Shown here piece by piece: positions 26,040 to 38,420 of a stretch of DNA of 64,000 bases. Below the pieces are notes generated by a model. The model was not told where the DNA came from and searched no databases. It worked only from the letters and a program-made list of their open reading frames with translations. Source of the stretch: Vicugna vicugna (taxonomy: Eukaryota); contig MU057887.1 in assembly GCA_013265495.1 (NCBI GenBank), positions 1,563,985-1,627,984 of the forward strand, read 5' to 3'. Positions within the stretch are counted from its first letter, which is position 1; each line of letters begins with the position of its first letter. Both the position numbers and the translations under genes were made by a program.

Positions 26040-27440
26040 ACCGGCAGTCCCTCGGGGTCCATCCGTAAGCAATCTCACGATCAGTCCGGACCGTGCCCTT
26101 CAGATAACTTGCGGGCCAGTCACAGCCATGCGGCCCCCTCCAGCCCTCCTCCCGGGCCGCAGACCTCCCCCGCGGTCATGACCCCGCACCTCGCCCTCCC
26201 GGGTCGCATCCCCGCCGGGCCGCAGGTGCCCGGGCTCCTGCCCCCCCGCCGGCACCTCCCGGCTCGCTCTTTGTCATCCCGGTCGCGGGAGCGTAGGCAC
26301 CCTTGGCGCCCAGGGCTTTTCTCTGCCAGCTGCTGCCGAGACCCCGGCTTCCACCTCCCCGGCCTCCCGTCCCCAGGGCCCCCGCCTGCCGGCCTCCTCG
26401 CCCCCCCCCCCCCCCCCCCGTCACCCCCGNNNNNNNNNNNNNNNNNNNNNNNNNNNNNNNNNNNNNNNNNNNNNNNNNNNNNNNNNNNNNNNNNNNNNNN
26501 NNNNNNNNNNNNNNNNNNNNNNNNNNNNNNNNNNNNNNNNNNNNNNNNNNNNNNNNNNNNNNNNNNNNNNNNNNNNNNNNNNNNNNNNNNNNNNNNNNNN
26601 NNNNNNNNNNNNNNNNNNNNNNNNNNNNNNNNNNNNNNNNNNNNNNNNNNNNNNNNNNNNNNNNNNNNNNNNNNNNNNNNNNNNNNNNNNNNNNNNNNNN
26701 NNNNNNNNNNNNNNNNNNNNNNNNNNNNNNNNNNNNNNNNNNNNNNNNNNNNNNNNNNNNNNNNNNNNNNNNNNNNNNNNNNNNNNNNNNNNNNNNNNNN
26801 NNNNNNNNNNNNNNNNNNNNNNNNNNNNNNNNNNNNNNNNNNNNNNNNNNNNNNNNNNNNNNNNNNNNNNNNNNNNNNNNNNNNNNNNNNNNNNNNNNNN
26901 NNNNNNNNNNNNNNNNNNNNNNNNNNNNNNNNNNNNNNNNNNNNNNNNNNNNNNNGGGGTGGGGGGTACTGAGCAAGAGGACGGGAGGCGGGGGAGGGGG
27001 CGAGGAGGGGGCGAGGGCGGGGGCTGGGCTGGGGTTGGGGCCGCGTCGACCGGGTGAGCTCGCCCGGCGCGTCCGCAAGGTTCAGCTCAGGCCCAGGAGG
27101 AGGCGGCTTCCCCTCGCGGCCAGTATAGTGTCTGGGCTGCAGTCGCCGGGGGCGTGGACCCTGGCAGGTCGTCGTGACAGGCGGAGTCCCTCCAGTGGAG
27201 CAGAAATGCTGCCTGGGCGGTCGTGTAGACGCGGCGGGAGGCGGTGGGCCCAGGGCGGACCTGGCCTTACGGGCGGGCGCGAGGTGACCCCTGCTGATCC
27301 CCGCTGGGCCGGCATGGGTGGTGTGATTTTGGGCATCAAGTCGCATCTTGGATCTCCTGTCTTCTGGGCCGTCTGGCCCTATCCTTCTCTTGGAAATAAA
27401 TAAACCTGGAAGGCCCCGCGGGTACCCACGGCGTAGACCT
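26040..27440 (-). promoter_or_regulatory. CERK: CERK CpG island / promoter with GC boxes and G-quadruplex-prone tract (26956-27040)
   Basis: Dense CpG on both sides of the gap; gggcgggg and multiple G-runs just upstream of the gap on the CERK orientation. Confidence 0.8.
26430..26955. other. Assembly gap (526 N), probably hiding CERK exon 1
   Basis: N run flanked by poly-C and poly-G low-complexity ends; no CERK N-terminal exon is visible elsewhere. Confidence 0.9.
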
Positions 27441-29132
27441 TATTGGACCCTGCAGGGAACTGGGCACCATCTCTGCTTATCGGCCATCCTCACGACTAGG
27501 CGTTGAGGCAGACGCTGCTGCACCCCCACTTCCTAAGGGGACAGTTTTAGGCACTGGGATTTAGCAATAAGGGATGGAGCCAGCATTCAGACACTGGCAG
27601 TGTGGTCAGGAGATCCCGCTGTGTCTGCACGTGAGTCTGAGGATAGATCCCCTGAGGAGATGTATCCTGGTCACAGGAGCAGAGGCACTGCTCGGAGGCC
27701 TGCCAGGGTCCAGCCAGCCTTCACTGCCCGCTGGAGTAGGTGTCTGTCTGGGTTGGGGGCTGCAGAGAGCAGCGCAGGGTGTCCCACAGCCCCAGGTGGT
27801 CATGGTCAGCCCGCTGCAAGGGGAGGATGCTGGATGTTAGTTGCCTCAGAACCACCAGTGGGGAGGGGGCCTGCAGGCTGACAGGCAGGGAAGGCTTTCT
27901 GGAGGAGGAGTTCCTCCTCTTAGGGGCCTGGGAGAAAGCTGGACTGGCAGCTGCGTCCTCCCCTCTCCTCCTGAGCAGGCCCAAGGAGAGGGGGCTGCCG
28001 TTCTGAGCACTTTGCCGAATGGCATCACCCCAGGGCCCCCAGGTTCTTTTCCTTATGACCCTGCCCAGCTCACCCGACCCCTCTCCACAGGGGGCCTACG
28101 CTGACCACGCAGCTAAGTGGAGCACCCACCACAGCAGGGCTCCAGCCCCACTCCCAGAGCACATCCACCCCCTCAGCTCCACGAGCACGTGGACTTGTCT
28201 GTCCCCAGAGTCCCAGTACTGAAAACAGTTGGGCGTGTAGTAAGTCCCACAAGTGCATTTGGCCCAGATTATCAAGAAACTGCCGCTCAGAGATGCTGAC
28301 TAGCTCGCGTGAAGGCTTGGGGCTCAGAAGTGACAGAGGTCCAGCTCTGGGGGCCCCAGCCACCTGCGCCCTCTCACCTCAGCCCACCCTCCCTAGCCTT
28401 GCTTCCTCTCCCCTCCTCCTGCACCAGCCTTCCCTGCAGACGGAGGGAGGGCAGGCCCGAGGCCTTGCTGCCTGTGTCTGGCACTGGGGAGCCACACATA
28501 CAGGTTTTATCCCACCAGTTCCCTGTGATTCACTCCTCCTGGGGAGACCAGCCTCTGTTCAGGCCGGGTACAGGGAGTCAGCAGTAAGGACAGGGTAGAA
28601 GGTGGGGTGTGAGTTCTCTAGCCCCACCTCCCTTGAGCAAGCCATACCTGATCTCCAAGCGCAGTCTGGCCAATGGCAGAAAGGCCTGCCCTGCCTCCTC
28701 CCTCCCACGGCTGCTGCTTTGAGGCTCAGAAAATGTGGACATGAAACTTCTTTGGAAATCCTGCGCCAGGGTCAGGCAGTGGCTGGTATCACCACTGCGG
28801 CTCACGAAGAGGGATGGCAGGAAAGGGCTGATGGGCAGGGACTCAGGAATGCCAGCCACCCTGTGGGGGGCCTCTTCCTGTGGCCTCCCAGGGCTGGGCT
28901 CCCGTTCTCCTGGTTATTCACCTAGGATCCTTTACTAACACGCATCAGCTCATACAATCCTGTAGTGGGGGGAGGGCGGGGCAGAGAAGGCTCAGACACC
29001 TCCCCCCTGCCCTCAAGGAGGTCTGTTGGGGAGACCACAGCTTCAGCTACAAAACACTGGGGAGCCCTGAGGAACCCCTGCCTCTCTTTACTCAGTAGAC
29101 TGGAAGTCCATGGGCCAGGGGCTCATGGTGGC

Positions 29133-29538
29133 TGTTATGAGCCGAACTGTGACCAGCCCTCCTCAATCACATGTTGAATTCCTAATCTCCAGTAGCTTAG
29201 AAGGTGAGTGTGTTTGGAGAGAGTCTTTCTAGAGGGTGATTAACATAAAACGAGGCCTTATGGGTAGACGCCAGCCCAGTGTGACAGGAAGCCTGACCAG
29301 AGGAGGAAGTTTGGATGCTCAGAGAGACCAGGGCGCCGCGCACAGAGGGTCAGACGAAGGGAGAGGCAGTAGGAGGGCGGCCATCTGCAAGCCCGGGAGA
29401 GAGGCCTCAGAGGAAGCGCACGCTTTGGGTACCTTGGTCTTGGACGTACAGCCTCTCTGAACCGGAACTGAGAAGGCAGACCTCTCTTGTTTAAGCCACC
29501 TGGCCCGTGGCAGTTTACAGCCCTGGCAAACTGCTACA
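29133..29538 (+). mobile_element. MaLR solo LTR (MLT1A/B-like)
   Basis: TG...CA termini, gccatctgcaagcc-ggagagaggcctcagagga and ttgtttaagccacc motifs, perfect 5-bp TSD gtggc. Confidence 0.9.
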
Positions 29539-32500
29539 GTGGCCTTCCACCCCAGGGTGCTGTCATCCTGGTGTTGGCTGGGGAGGGACCTGGCCAATGC
29601 AAAGCCCCACGCTTAAACTAGGGTGGAGGGAAGGCACTGAAATCAGAAGTTCAGAGAGGGTTGGGCAGGGGGTCGGGCCCAGTGAGGGCTGGGGGCCCAT
29701 GGGCTCTGAGCACAGCTCTGGGGACGTGGAAGGAAAGAGGCAGCTTTGCCCCGGAGCAGCTGCTGGGCCCCTGCTGTGTGCCAGGTCCCAGTGGGGAGCT
29801 GGCTGTGAAGGCAGTCAGAGCAGCCAACGAGAACTTCCAAAGGCAGGGGTGCCTTGACCTTCTGCGTTCAGAATGCACTCTCAGCTCCCTTGCTGGTCTC
29901 TCAGGCACCTCACCTCTTCCTTTCCTGTGCTGGGCTCGGGCCAAATGCTCTTCCCACCTGTCTGCCTGGGAAGCCCCCCTCCCCCGCCTTCTTTAAGTCA
30001 GGTGGATCCCTGGGCGGTTAACTCCCTGGGGCTTCACCCGCATGGGGCCTCCCTTCAGCCTGCAGCGCTGCAGAACAACAATGCTGGGGCCCCAGCCTGT
30101 CGCTAACCTCGTGTGTGCACAGCTGGCCCGTTCCTCGCTGGGGCTTAGACGTGCCCCGGCAGCCAGCTAGGCCAGACAGCGAGGGCTCAGCTCAGCAGCC
30201 CAGAGCCCCGATCGATGGGCCAGGCCCTGCCGTGACCCCTGCCGGGTCCCGGGTCCAGTCGGCAGGCGTGGGCTGCTGCCTGGTGGCCCGACTGCCCTGC
30301 AGCCCGAACTGGCCAGCTTGTCTAGGCCGAACAACTTGCCCAGCCTTGGCCCACGCCCCTGGGCTGCACTGGGACTGCCCAGGTGACGTCCCACGTGGGC
30401 GGCCGGGATGCTGAGACACTGTCTAGGCGCCCAGGACTGCCACCCCACACCCATGAGCATCCTGCCCACTGCATCATCCGTGCCAGGTGCCCCTGGGCCC
30501 CTCCTGCCACAGAGTGCTGGCCGCCAATGGGGACCTGGCACGGGCAGCTCCTTCTAGTACCATCCCTTCTGTGGCCTCTGACCTACTTTCCCTCTGTCCC
30601 CAGAGCCCCTGGCCGTGTTTACCGTGACAGCCACCTGCTTATCTTCCCCGACTTCCTCCCCGAGAAGTCAGCGCCCGACCTGACATGAGAATGCTGCTGG
30701 GTTGGGGAGGGAGGACACCTGCACCAGCTGCACACTGGCTGTCCCTGCCCGCCACGCCGCCCTCCGCCCTCCGTCCTGGAGGAGGAGCTGCCACCTGCTG
30801 TCCGTCAGGGCTGACCGCCTGGAAGAAATGCCCTGGGGAGAGTAAGCCGGTAAGTTACAAAACACCCTCCCCTACGTTGCTTATGTGACGCAGAGAACAT
30901 CCTCCGGAAATGAGAGTCTTCTGCTCCATTTTAGACCAGGAAAGACTGGAGGCTCACAAAACTAAGCTGGCCTGCTCGAGGTCTACAGAAAGGTAACTAG
31001 ATGGTGGGAGAGTCTGAGCTGTGGGACCAGGAGAGACACACAGGAGCTGCCGCCTAGGCCCCAGCAGGGACAGCCCCAGGCACTCCAGCGGGGCACACAG
31101 GACCCTCCTGCCTGACTGGCTCTGGTGGGTCCTCGCTCAGACCTGCCCACCTGGGAAAGCCGCAAGCCTGGGCTGGCGGGGAGGGTGACTCTGGGGTGGT
31201 GGCCAGAGAGCGATCTGAGCTGGAAGGGCCAGTCAGGTGGGGCTGGCGGAGAATAAGGCTGCAGGTGGCCAGGGATCAGAGATGCCTGCACACCTGGGTA
31301 CCATGCAGAGCAGTGCACCCTGGGGGGGTGCTGAAGGCCAGATGGGGTTCAGTCTGGACCCCATGGGCTCCCCAGGCCTACATGGGGGACCTGCCTGGGT
31401 TGGGTGCTGACAGGGTGCCTGGCATTGTATTTAGCAACAGCTCACTTAATCTTCAAGGTGACACTGCTCTGCAGGTGAGGAGACAGCACCCGCGAGGTTA
31501 GGGCCTGGGCCTCCCAGTGGCAAGGGCTGGAATGGGGAATGACTCGCAGGGCTGTGAGGCTTCGAAGGCTGCCTCACCACCCCTGCCACCCCCAGCCATC
31601 CTGTCGGCGACATTCCAGGTTTCCTCTCCCCACGGGGAGCAGTTAGGAGGCCCCGGGGCCCAGCCTGCCTGGGTATAGTTTGCTCAGCAGCGGACCATCC
31701 TGAGAAAAAGGCCGGCTCCTGTAGGGTGAATTCTGGGCCTGCTCAGGGTGGAGGGAGCCTTCCCCTCCCTGTCTCTGCAGCTGGAGGAGCGTGTGTAGCT
31801 GCTGGGGTCCTTAGAGGCAGGGGACGCCCAAGGCAGGGCAGGGAAGGCTGAGGGGGCATCTGCACGCAGGCCTCCCCTCCCCCAGGCCTAGAGTGGAGTC
31901 CACTGCTGCTTGATGCAGCTTGGCCTTGACTCCTTCCAGGGTGGGGGCTACCGCAGTGTCCAGCCTTGGGGGCTTGGGGGGGGAGTACCCCAGAGGCTCC
32001 CATAGATGGTGACATCTATGACCCCACGTGCTGCTGAGTGGCCTTTGGCTGTGTGGAGTGGGATGTGGTGGTGGGGAGCCTGGCCTGGTGCCCAGGGCTG
32101 CCGGGCACACAGCCGGGGCGATGATAACACAGGAGAGCCGTCAGCTGGGACTTTCAGGCTGATGAGGGGGCTGGGTAGCTCGCTCTGCACGCATGTGTAT
32201 TTGCCTTTTTATATTCAAGGTTTAGAAAAAATAGAAGCAGTTGCAAAGGCTTGGGAGACAGGTGATCTGAGTCAGCCATGGTGGGGGAGGGCAGCACTCA
32301 AGTTCCATTAACCGGGGACAGGAGGCAGGTGGCTCTGGGGACAGGAGGTCGGGCGCGGGGCGGCGTTTGGAGCCTGTGCACCCCAAGGAGGAAGAGAAAG
32401 CCTGCTTCAGACGGACCCAGGAAAACACAAACACCACCTGGAGGAAAGACGATCTTAAAGATGAGGAATAAACAAACACAACCTGGGTTCAGTCCAGAAG

Positions 32501-32869
32501 TTTTGAAACAAACAAGGAAGCGACTGTTGAGTCCAAAAATAAAACCAAAGCAAAGCAAAGCAAAACAAAACAAAACCCATACACAAAAAACAAAGGAGGA
32601 AGAAAAATCAATGGAAACAATATAAATTACAAGCCCATCGTAGACAGTTACTGAGCTCAGCTACTGTGGAAGCAAGACACACCAGGGTGAAAAGATTGCT
32701 GGGCGGTGCCGGCTGGCCAGAGGGTCACCAAAGAGAATACAGGTGAGCTGGGAGCTGCACCTTCACACGCACGTTTGTGTAGCAGGCCTGAAGACCAGAG
32801 GGGAGAAGGGCACCAGTTGTGAACTTGGGGCGTGGGGCTCAGATCAGGGAACCTGGACCAGCTTGCCCC

Positions 32870-32940
32870 ACCCCCTTTACAGATGGAGAAGCTGAGGCCA
32901 GAGAGGGGCAGCGACCTCTGAAGAGGCCCAGGAAGTCGCC
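32870..32940 (-). mobile_element. MIR core fragment
   Basis: ccccctttacagatggagaagctgaggccagagagggg matches the MIR core. Confidence 0.7.
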
Positions 32941-33329
32941 ATTCCTCTGACCCATGCTCACTGAGCCCTACTGTGTGCCAGGTCCTGACATGTGCGGGGT
33001 CAGAGCTGGACAAGGGGCCTGCACGAAGCTCCCTGTGGGCCCGGATAATCGAATCATCGCAGGAACGCATGTTTCATGAGGGCCTGCGGTCAGCACCAGG
33101 AGGGACGGCCAGCTTTGGCCCTGAGAGCGCCTAGCAGAGAATCCCCCCTGGTCCACAGGGTCCACAAGGCCTCCTGGGAGAGGGCGTGGAGTTGAGGTCT
33201 GGAAGGGGAGCCAGGGGAGCGCTGGAAGGCTGGGAGGGCTGGAGGTGCCCAGAGTCAATGATGAAAGTCCTCACAGAAGAATGCGTTTCACAATTTGCTG
33301 CGGTGGCAGCAGTGCCCACCTTGAATTGA

Positions 33330-33490
33330 CAGCCTGCTCTGTGTCAGTCAGACCCCTTCCCAGCAAACCTTGGAGATAAGACCAGTGGGCCCCACTTTAC
33401 AGCTGAAGGACTGGAGGCTCAGGGACAGCCTGCTGCTGGAGCTGGTATTTGAGCCCCACATTATCTGAGCTAAAACACACAGGCTTTCTG
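33330..33490 (-). mobile_element. MIR fragment
   Basis: cccactttacagctgaaggactggaggctcaggga...ggagctggtatttgagccc. Confidence 0.6.
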
Positions 33491-34107
33491 TTTCCAGAGG
33501 CAGACCCCCACATCAGCAACAGAGAGTGACTTTAACATTGTTTCTGTTTTAAAAACATCCAAAAACTCCTCAAACAACCAAACAAAAAGATAAACAAGAA
33601 CCCGTTAAACCCTTTCTGAGATGCCCTAATGTCCCAGGCCCCAGGAGCTGTGTTTAGGTCCCTACATGGGTCCTTTGCTTGCCTGGGTTGCCAGCGTGAA
33701 GGTGACAAGGGAGCTGGGCAGACAGGCCAGCTTTAGGGAAATGTACAAGTCTTGCATCTTACCTCCAGAACTCCTTACAGAAAACTGCTGTGGCTTCAGG
33801 AGCCGAGATTAACAAGCGCACCTAGAACTGTTGGGGGGGGGGGATAAACACACCCGGGGAGCGGAGGGCGTCCCGCAGAACTCCTCCAACAAGCTGAGCT
33901 CCCAGCTTTCACTTGGTGGCCAGAGGGGTCCTTTTCAAATGGAAATCCAGATTCCTTCCAGATTCCTCCCCTGCATCCTCAGAGCCCTCTGGGCGTAGCC
34001 TGGGCCTCCTCTCTGCTCCTGGCTCAGCTTTCTAGGCAACTGGTCTCTTGCTTCTTGAACCTCCAAGCATGATCCCACCTCAGGGTCTTTGCCTGGGACT
34101 CTGTCCT

Positions 34108-34835
34108 AGTAACCGAGCAGGACCCTCTGGTCCTTCCCGGAGCAGACTCCCCCCTCCACCTCCACCGTGTCCTCCGCCTGCCTCTTGTTTGTAGAAAACT
34201 TTAGTCTCCTAGGCTTCCCCACGTTCCAAAGAGGACATTTAATCAGAGAAGTGAGAAGATGCAGGGGGTTGGGTGTAGCTCAGTGGTAGAGCCAGTGCTT
34301 AGCATGCACGAGGTCCTGGGTTCAATCACCTCCACTTAAAAAAAGAAAATGCAAAAAGAAAGGAAAATGGTCAAGTAAAAAAAAATAGTTTAGTCATAAA
34401 GCAAAGTCAAGGACCTTTAGCTCCTCCTCAGAGGTTATAGGTCACATTCTGAGCCCTGTCCTTCGAGCTGTTTTGCAGAGGCTGAAACCCCCACCAGGGG
34501 GAACTGTGCTGCCCACAAGCCCAGAGACCCCAGACCCGTTGGAACCAGAAGTTTGATGATGTTGACTCCCTATGACCTCACCACCCACCAATCAGAACAG
34601 TGTCCACAAGCTGGTCACACACCCCGCACCTCCCCCACAACCCAATCCCGGCCTCCCCGTCTCTAAAATCCTTTCCCCGGAAGCCTTCGGGGAGTCCAGA
34701 TCTACTGAGCACCAGCGACCTGGGCTCCTTGCTTGGCCCTTGCAACAAACGCTGCGCGTGCCTTCCCCACAACACGGGCTCAGTAGACTGCTATACTGGG
34801 TGTGGGCTAGCAGACCCAAGTTTGGCTTGGTAGCA
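34108..34835 (+). mobile_element. ERV1-type solo LTR with nested SINE
   Basis: Starts agtaaccgagcaggaccct, ends gacccaagtttggcttggtagca, flanked by 4-bp TSD tcct; CCAAT and TATA-like (tctaaaa) motifs inside. Confidence 0.85.
34264..34343 (+). mobile_element. tRNA-derived SINE (Vic-1-like), short form
   Basis: A box tagctcagtgg, B box gggttcaatc, A tail, TSD agaagatgca / agaaaatgca. Confidence 0.9.
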
Positions 34836-35874
34836 TCCTGACCCTGGACCCTGGACCCTTGACCCTCAGCTGGTTGCAGGGCTCCCATCTCCCTTCCCTC
34901 CGGCCCACTTAAATGTCCAGTGAGAGACTTTCCCGCCTGCCACCTCCTTGATTGAGCTCACCCCTGCCCCTCTTTGTTTTTCCTGAACATCTGTCAACAC
35001 CTGCTGCGGCCATAGGTGTTTCTCTGTTTGTTCACTTGAGGCCCGTCATCCACACGGGGATGTGGGCTCCACAAGGCTAGGCTGCGTGCTGGACCCCCAG
35101 CGATCACATGTATGTGAGATTATGGGCTGGTCTGCCATGGTTATGCAAAGAGTCTTGGGTAGATTAAAACACGAATCTCAAAGGTGTATGGCTGGCAGAG
35201 GCTGCTCTGGAAACAAAAGATGTATAAAGGGTGAAGCTGGGGAGATGGACACGCTCCCCTGCCCTGGGGCCCCAGCCGCCTGCTCTGTGGTCTGCAGTCC
35301 TGCTGGAAGAACAGCAGCTGGGCGACGTCTCCCGGGCCCGCCCCGCTGTTCGCTGCCCTCTGGCGTCGCACCTCAAGTCCTCCTGCCGACGCGTCCGCCC
35401 CCTGCGTGTCTGCCCGTGCCGCCTTTCTGCCGGGCTGTGTCTCAGGCACGCTGCGCAAACCAACACAGAGAACACGGCTACCCAGTGGGCGGTTTATCTG
35501 GGGGAGCGATCCTGGGGGCAGGAGCAGGGGCCTGGGGACAGTGGCGCCTGCCAGCCTTTCCCGCGGCCGGGCTCCATCCCGCTGGCCAGCAGCCCTGTCG
35601 GTGGGGCCCCGGGGTCAGCCCGCCCTACTTCCATCCTCAGGCTCCCCCCGGACCCAGGGTGTGCGCGTCCTTGTGCTTGGCTCTGTGCTTGCAAGGGTCC
35701 GGCCTTTCTTCTTGTGGACATCACGTGCCTGGTGTGAGAGAAGCCTGGGGCCGAGAGGCAGCACCCAGTGTGGCTGAGCCTGGCAGGAAGGTTGTTAGAC
35801 CTGCATCTGTGGTGCTGCAGCTGCTGGAGTGAAAGGCAGGCGGTGAGGCTGCGAAGAGGCCTAGGGGACACAGA

Positions 35875-36000
35875 CCGGGAGGCCTGGGGCCTTGTCTTTT
35901 TCAATTTTGTGTTCCCAGTGCCAGTACAGAGCCTGGCAAAGTGTAGGTACTCAATAAATGATTGCTGAATGAGTGAATGAGTGAATGAGTGAATGAAATG
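35875..36000 (+). mobile_element. L2 3' end with (GAATGAGT)n tail
   Basis: cccagtgccagtacagagcctggcaaagtgtaggtactcaataaatgattgctgaatgagtgaatg. Confidence 0.85.
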
Positions 36001-36406
36001 TAAGCACAGGAAAGTCAATGGAACAGTTTCGATTTGGAACAAAGTGGAGTTTAAGTCAGGGGTTGCACCTAGAAGCACTGACGGGCAGATGTTAGGGCGT
36101 GGTGGGGGCTGGGCCGGCCGGACAGCACTTGCTTGTCAGGAGACAGCGCCCCTCAGCTCCACGTAGGGAACGGATCCTTGCTGTCAGATTGTTGGGGCTT
36201 TCAAGAGAAGCCAGGAGCCCACATTTTGTGAGTGTGTGGGTGTGAAACCTTGTGATTTTAAAAGATTGGCTGCTAATTCCAATCCAAAATATAAAATGTT
36301 TGTAAGGACAACAGAGCCTGGCCAGAGGCATCCAGGGACCAGCCCGTCTGTGACACCTAACTTGAAACCTCGGGAGTTAAGCTAGATTTAAAAAGTCATT
36401 ATTCCA

Positions 36407-36856
36407 TGATAGAGACTGAGGAAGACGGAGCAGCAGTGAGTAGGTGCACACGCCTGCGAGTGTAAACTACTGCAGCCACATCAGTGCACAAGGAAGTCAG
36501 TCATCAGCCACTCCCGCCACCCCCACGTGTGAGCAGGACGCTGGCCCTGGGGAGCTCAGGTGCAGATCAAAGGAATGCTTCCAATGAGCCCAGACCTTCG
36601 CACCTTCCCATACAAAGAAGAGGGCTAAATTCCTTAACTTGAGAAGTTTGAGAGAGGTTTTCTTTAATTAACAGTAACCTTCTGATGTTCCGACTACCTG
36701 GCCTTTGTTGTGAGAACTCCTGTGGATCCTGGCTCCTCCCTGCCTCTGCAGCGCAGCCCCTCAGCGCTCCCTGGGAGGCCGGCTCCCGGGCTCAGGAGTC
36801 TGCCAAATAAACCATAACTCTCAGCTTGAGGGTTGTACTTGTTTTTTCAGTCGACA
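36407..36856 (+). mobile_element. ERV-type solo LTR
   Basis: Ends aataaaccataactctcagc...ttttttcagtcgaca; homologous to the reverse complement of 37350-37839. 5' boundary approximate. Confidence 0.75.
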
Positions 36857-37212
36857 TGCCCGAAACAGCACAGAGACAAAACCACGAAGGAAAACTTTTG
36901 AGAGAGGCAAGGAGGATATAATGGGCAGGAAGGTACTATATGGAAATGGTTTTAGACGGGAGCCAGAGCCACACAGCACTTTGGCGACAGGCACAGAGGC
37001 CCAGGCTCAAAGTCCAGGGTGTAAAGGTCACTCCAGAAGTAGGAGCAGGCAGAAAGCACATGGGAGCCATGGCTCCAGGGGGGTGGGGAGGATTGCAGGG
37101 GAGAGTCTGGGTTAAGCTAAGTAACCGGGGTCACAGGGGAACAGAGAAAGTCCTGGCCAGGGGTGGCTGGGCCAGGCCACATATGTGAGTCACAGCCAAG
37201 GGCCAAGCTTTG

Positions 37213-38420
37213 CTTTCTCAGTGGTAGCTTCACTGAGATATAGTTCACACACCATACAATTCACTCCTTCAAAGTATACAGCTCACTGTTTATTAGTATA
37301 TTTATCATAATTGATTCTAGGACATTTTCATCACCCATGAAGAAATCTCTGTCAACTGGAAAAAATGCACAACCTAAAAGCTGAAAATTATGCTTTATTC
37401 AGCGGACTTGCTGAGGACTTAAGGCCGGGAGACAGCCTCTCACAGAGCTCTGTGGGACTGTCCCAAACAGGCAAGGGAGGAGCCAGGAGATACAGGAAGT
37501 TTGGCAAAACAAACAAACAAACAAAACCCCAACAAAAAACAAAACAAAGTCAAAAAACCAATCAGGTAGTCAAACATCAAAAGATTACTGCCAGTTAGAG
37601 AAAACCAGACATCCCAAGTTAGTGGACTTAGCACTTCTCTACGTACGGGAAGGTGCCGGCATCTGGGCTTAATGGAATCATTCTTTTGATGTGCGTGTTA
37701 ACTCTCTAGGGCCAGTGTCCTGTTTTCCTCTGTCCTGAATCCGCTCGGGGTGCACAGCCGGGCGGCTGCAGTGGCTGAGGGCTTGATGGCCGCAGCATCC
37801 TTTGTGTACTGAGACGGCAAGTGACACTCTTTGTCCACACCTCATACCCCTTAACAGTTAACTTCCTTGCCTTCCCTCCCCTCAGCCTTGCCCGGCTACT
37901 AATCTACTTCCTGTCTCTGAATTTGCCTGTCCTGAACATTTCATGTAAGTGGAATCACATAACGTGGCCTTTTGTGGCGGGCTTCTTTCGTCCTGCGTAA
38001 TGTTGTCACGAGTCATCATGTTGTAGCAGGCGCTGGGTCTCCATTCTCTTTTTATGACGGGCTGCTATTCCACTGAATGGACAGACCACACTTTACGTAT
38101 TCATCAGCTGATGGACCTTTGCTTGTTTCCACTCTTCCACGGCATGAATTGTGGCGCTATGAATGTTTGTGGACAAGTTTTTACGGGAATGTGTTCTCAG
38201 TTCTCTAGGATGTGCCCTTAGACGTGGAACTGCTGGGTCATGTGGTAACTCTGTGCTTAACTGAGGAGCCACTGGATTGTTTTCCACAGCGGCTATCCCA
38301 TCTTGTCCTCGCCAGATGGACTGAGGATTCCCGTTTCTGCACATCCTTGTCAATATCTGTCATCACCTGTCTTTTCGGTTATAGCCGTTCTACTGGGTGT
38401 GCAGGATATCTCGTTGTGGG
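37213..38420 (-). mobile_element. L1MB-like 3' end, interrupted by an LTR
   Basis: gagatatagttcacacaccatacaattcac...; tttgcctgtcctgaacatttcatgtaagtggaatcac...; gtggaactgctgggtcatgtggtaactct. Confidence 0.85.
37350..37839 (-). mobile_element. ERV-type solo LTR inserted in L1MB
   Basis: tgtcaac...tccaca termini, polyA signal (tttatt on +), near-TSD tctc/cctc, L1 sequence resumes seamlessly; internal CAAA-rich expansion at 37506-37560. Confidence 0.85.

Larger units (their letters stand above)
1..26955 (-). other. CERK: Ceramide kinase gene, 5' part (exon 1 region through intron 6; continues beyond window start)
   Basis: Five consecutive exons splice in frame into a CERK-like protein (PH-domain region followed by DAGK-type catalytic motifs NPFGG and GGDG); the 5' end is placed at the CpG island/gap by inference. 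Confidence 0.93.

Noticed and set aside
26109..27403. Long ORFs of 287-408 aa in the ORF track
   Set aside because: Artefacts of translating through the N gap and GC-rich island.
34264..34343. tRNA-Ala-like gene (also 11881, 39105, 50529)
   Set aside because: A/B boxes are present but copies have poly(A) tails, TSDs and broken stems; they are SINEs, not tRNA genes.
35062..35832. 256-aa plus-strand ORF
   Set aside because: Non-ATG start call, P/G/A/C-rich, overlapping ORFs in most frames, no recognisable homology or splice structure.
36407..37839. Provirus bounded by two LTRs
   Set aside because: LTRs are inverted rather than direct, differ at their 5' parts, and enclose L1 sequence instead of gag/pol/env.
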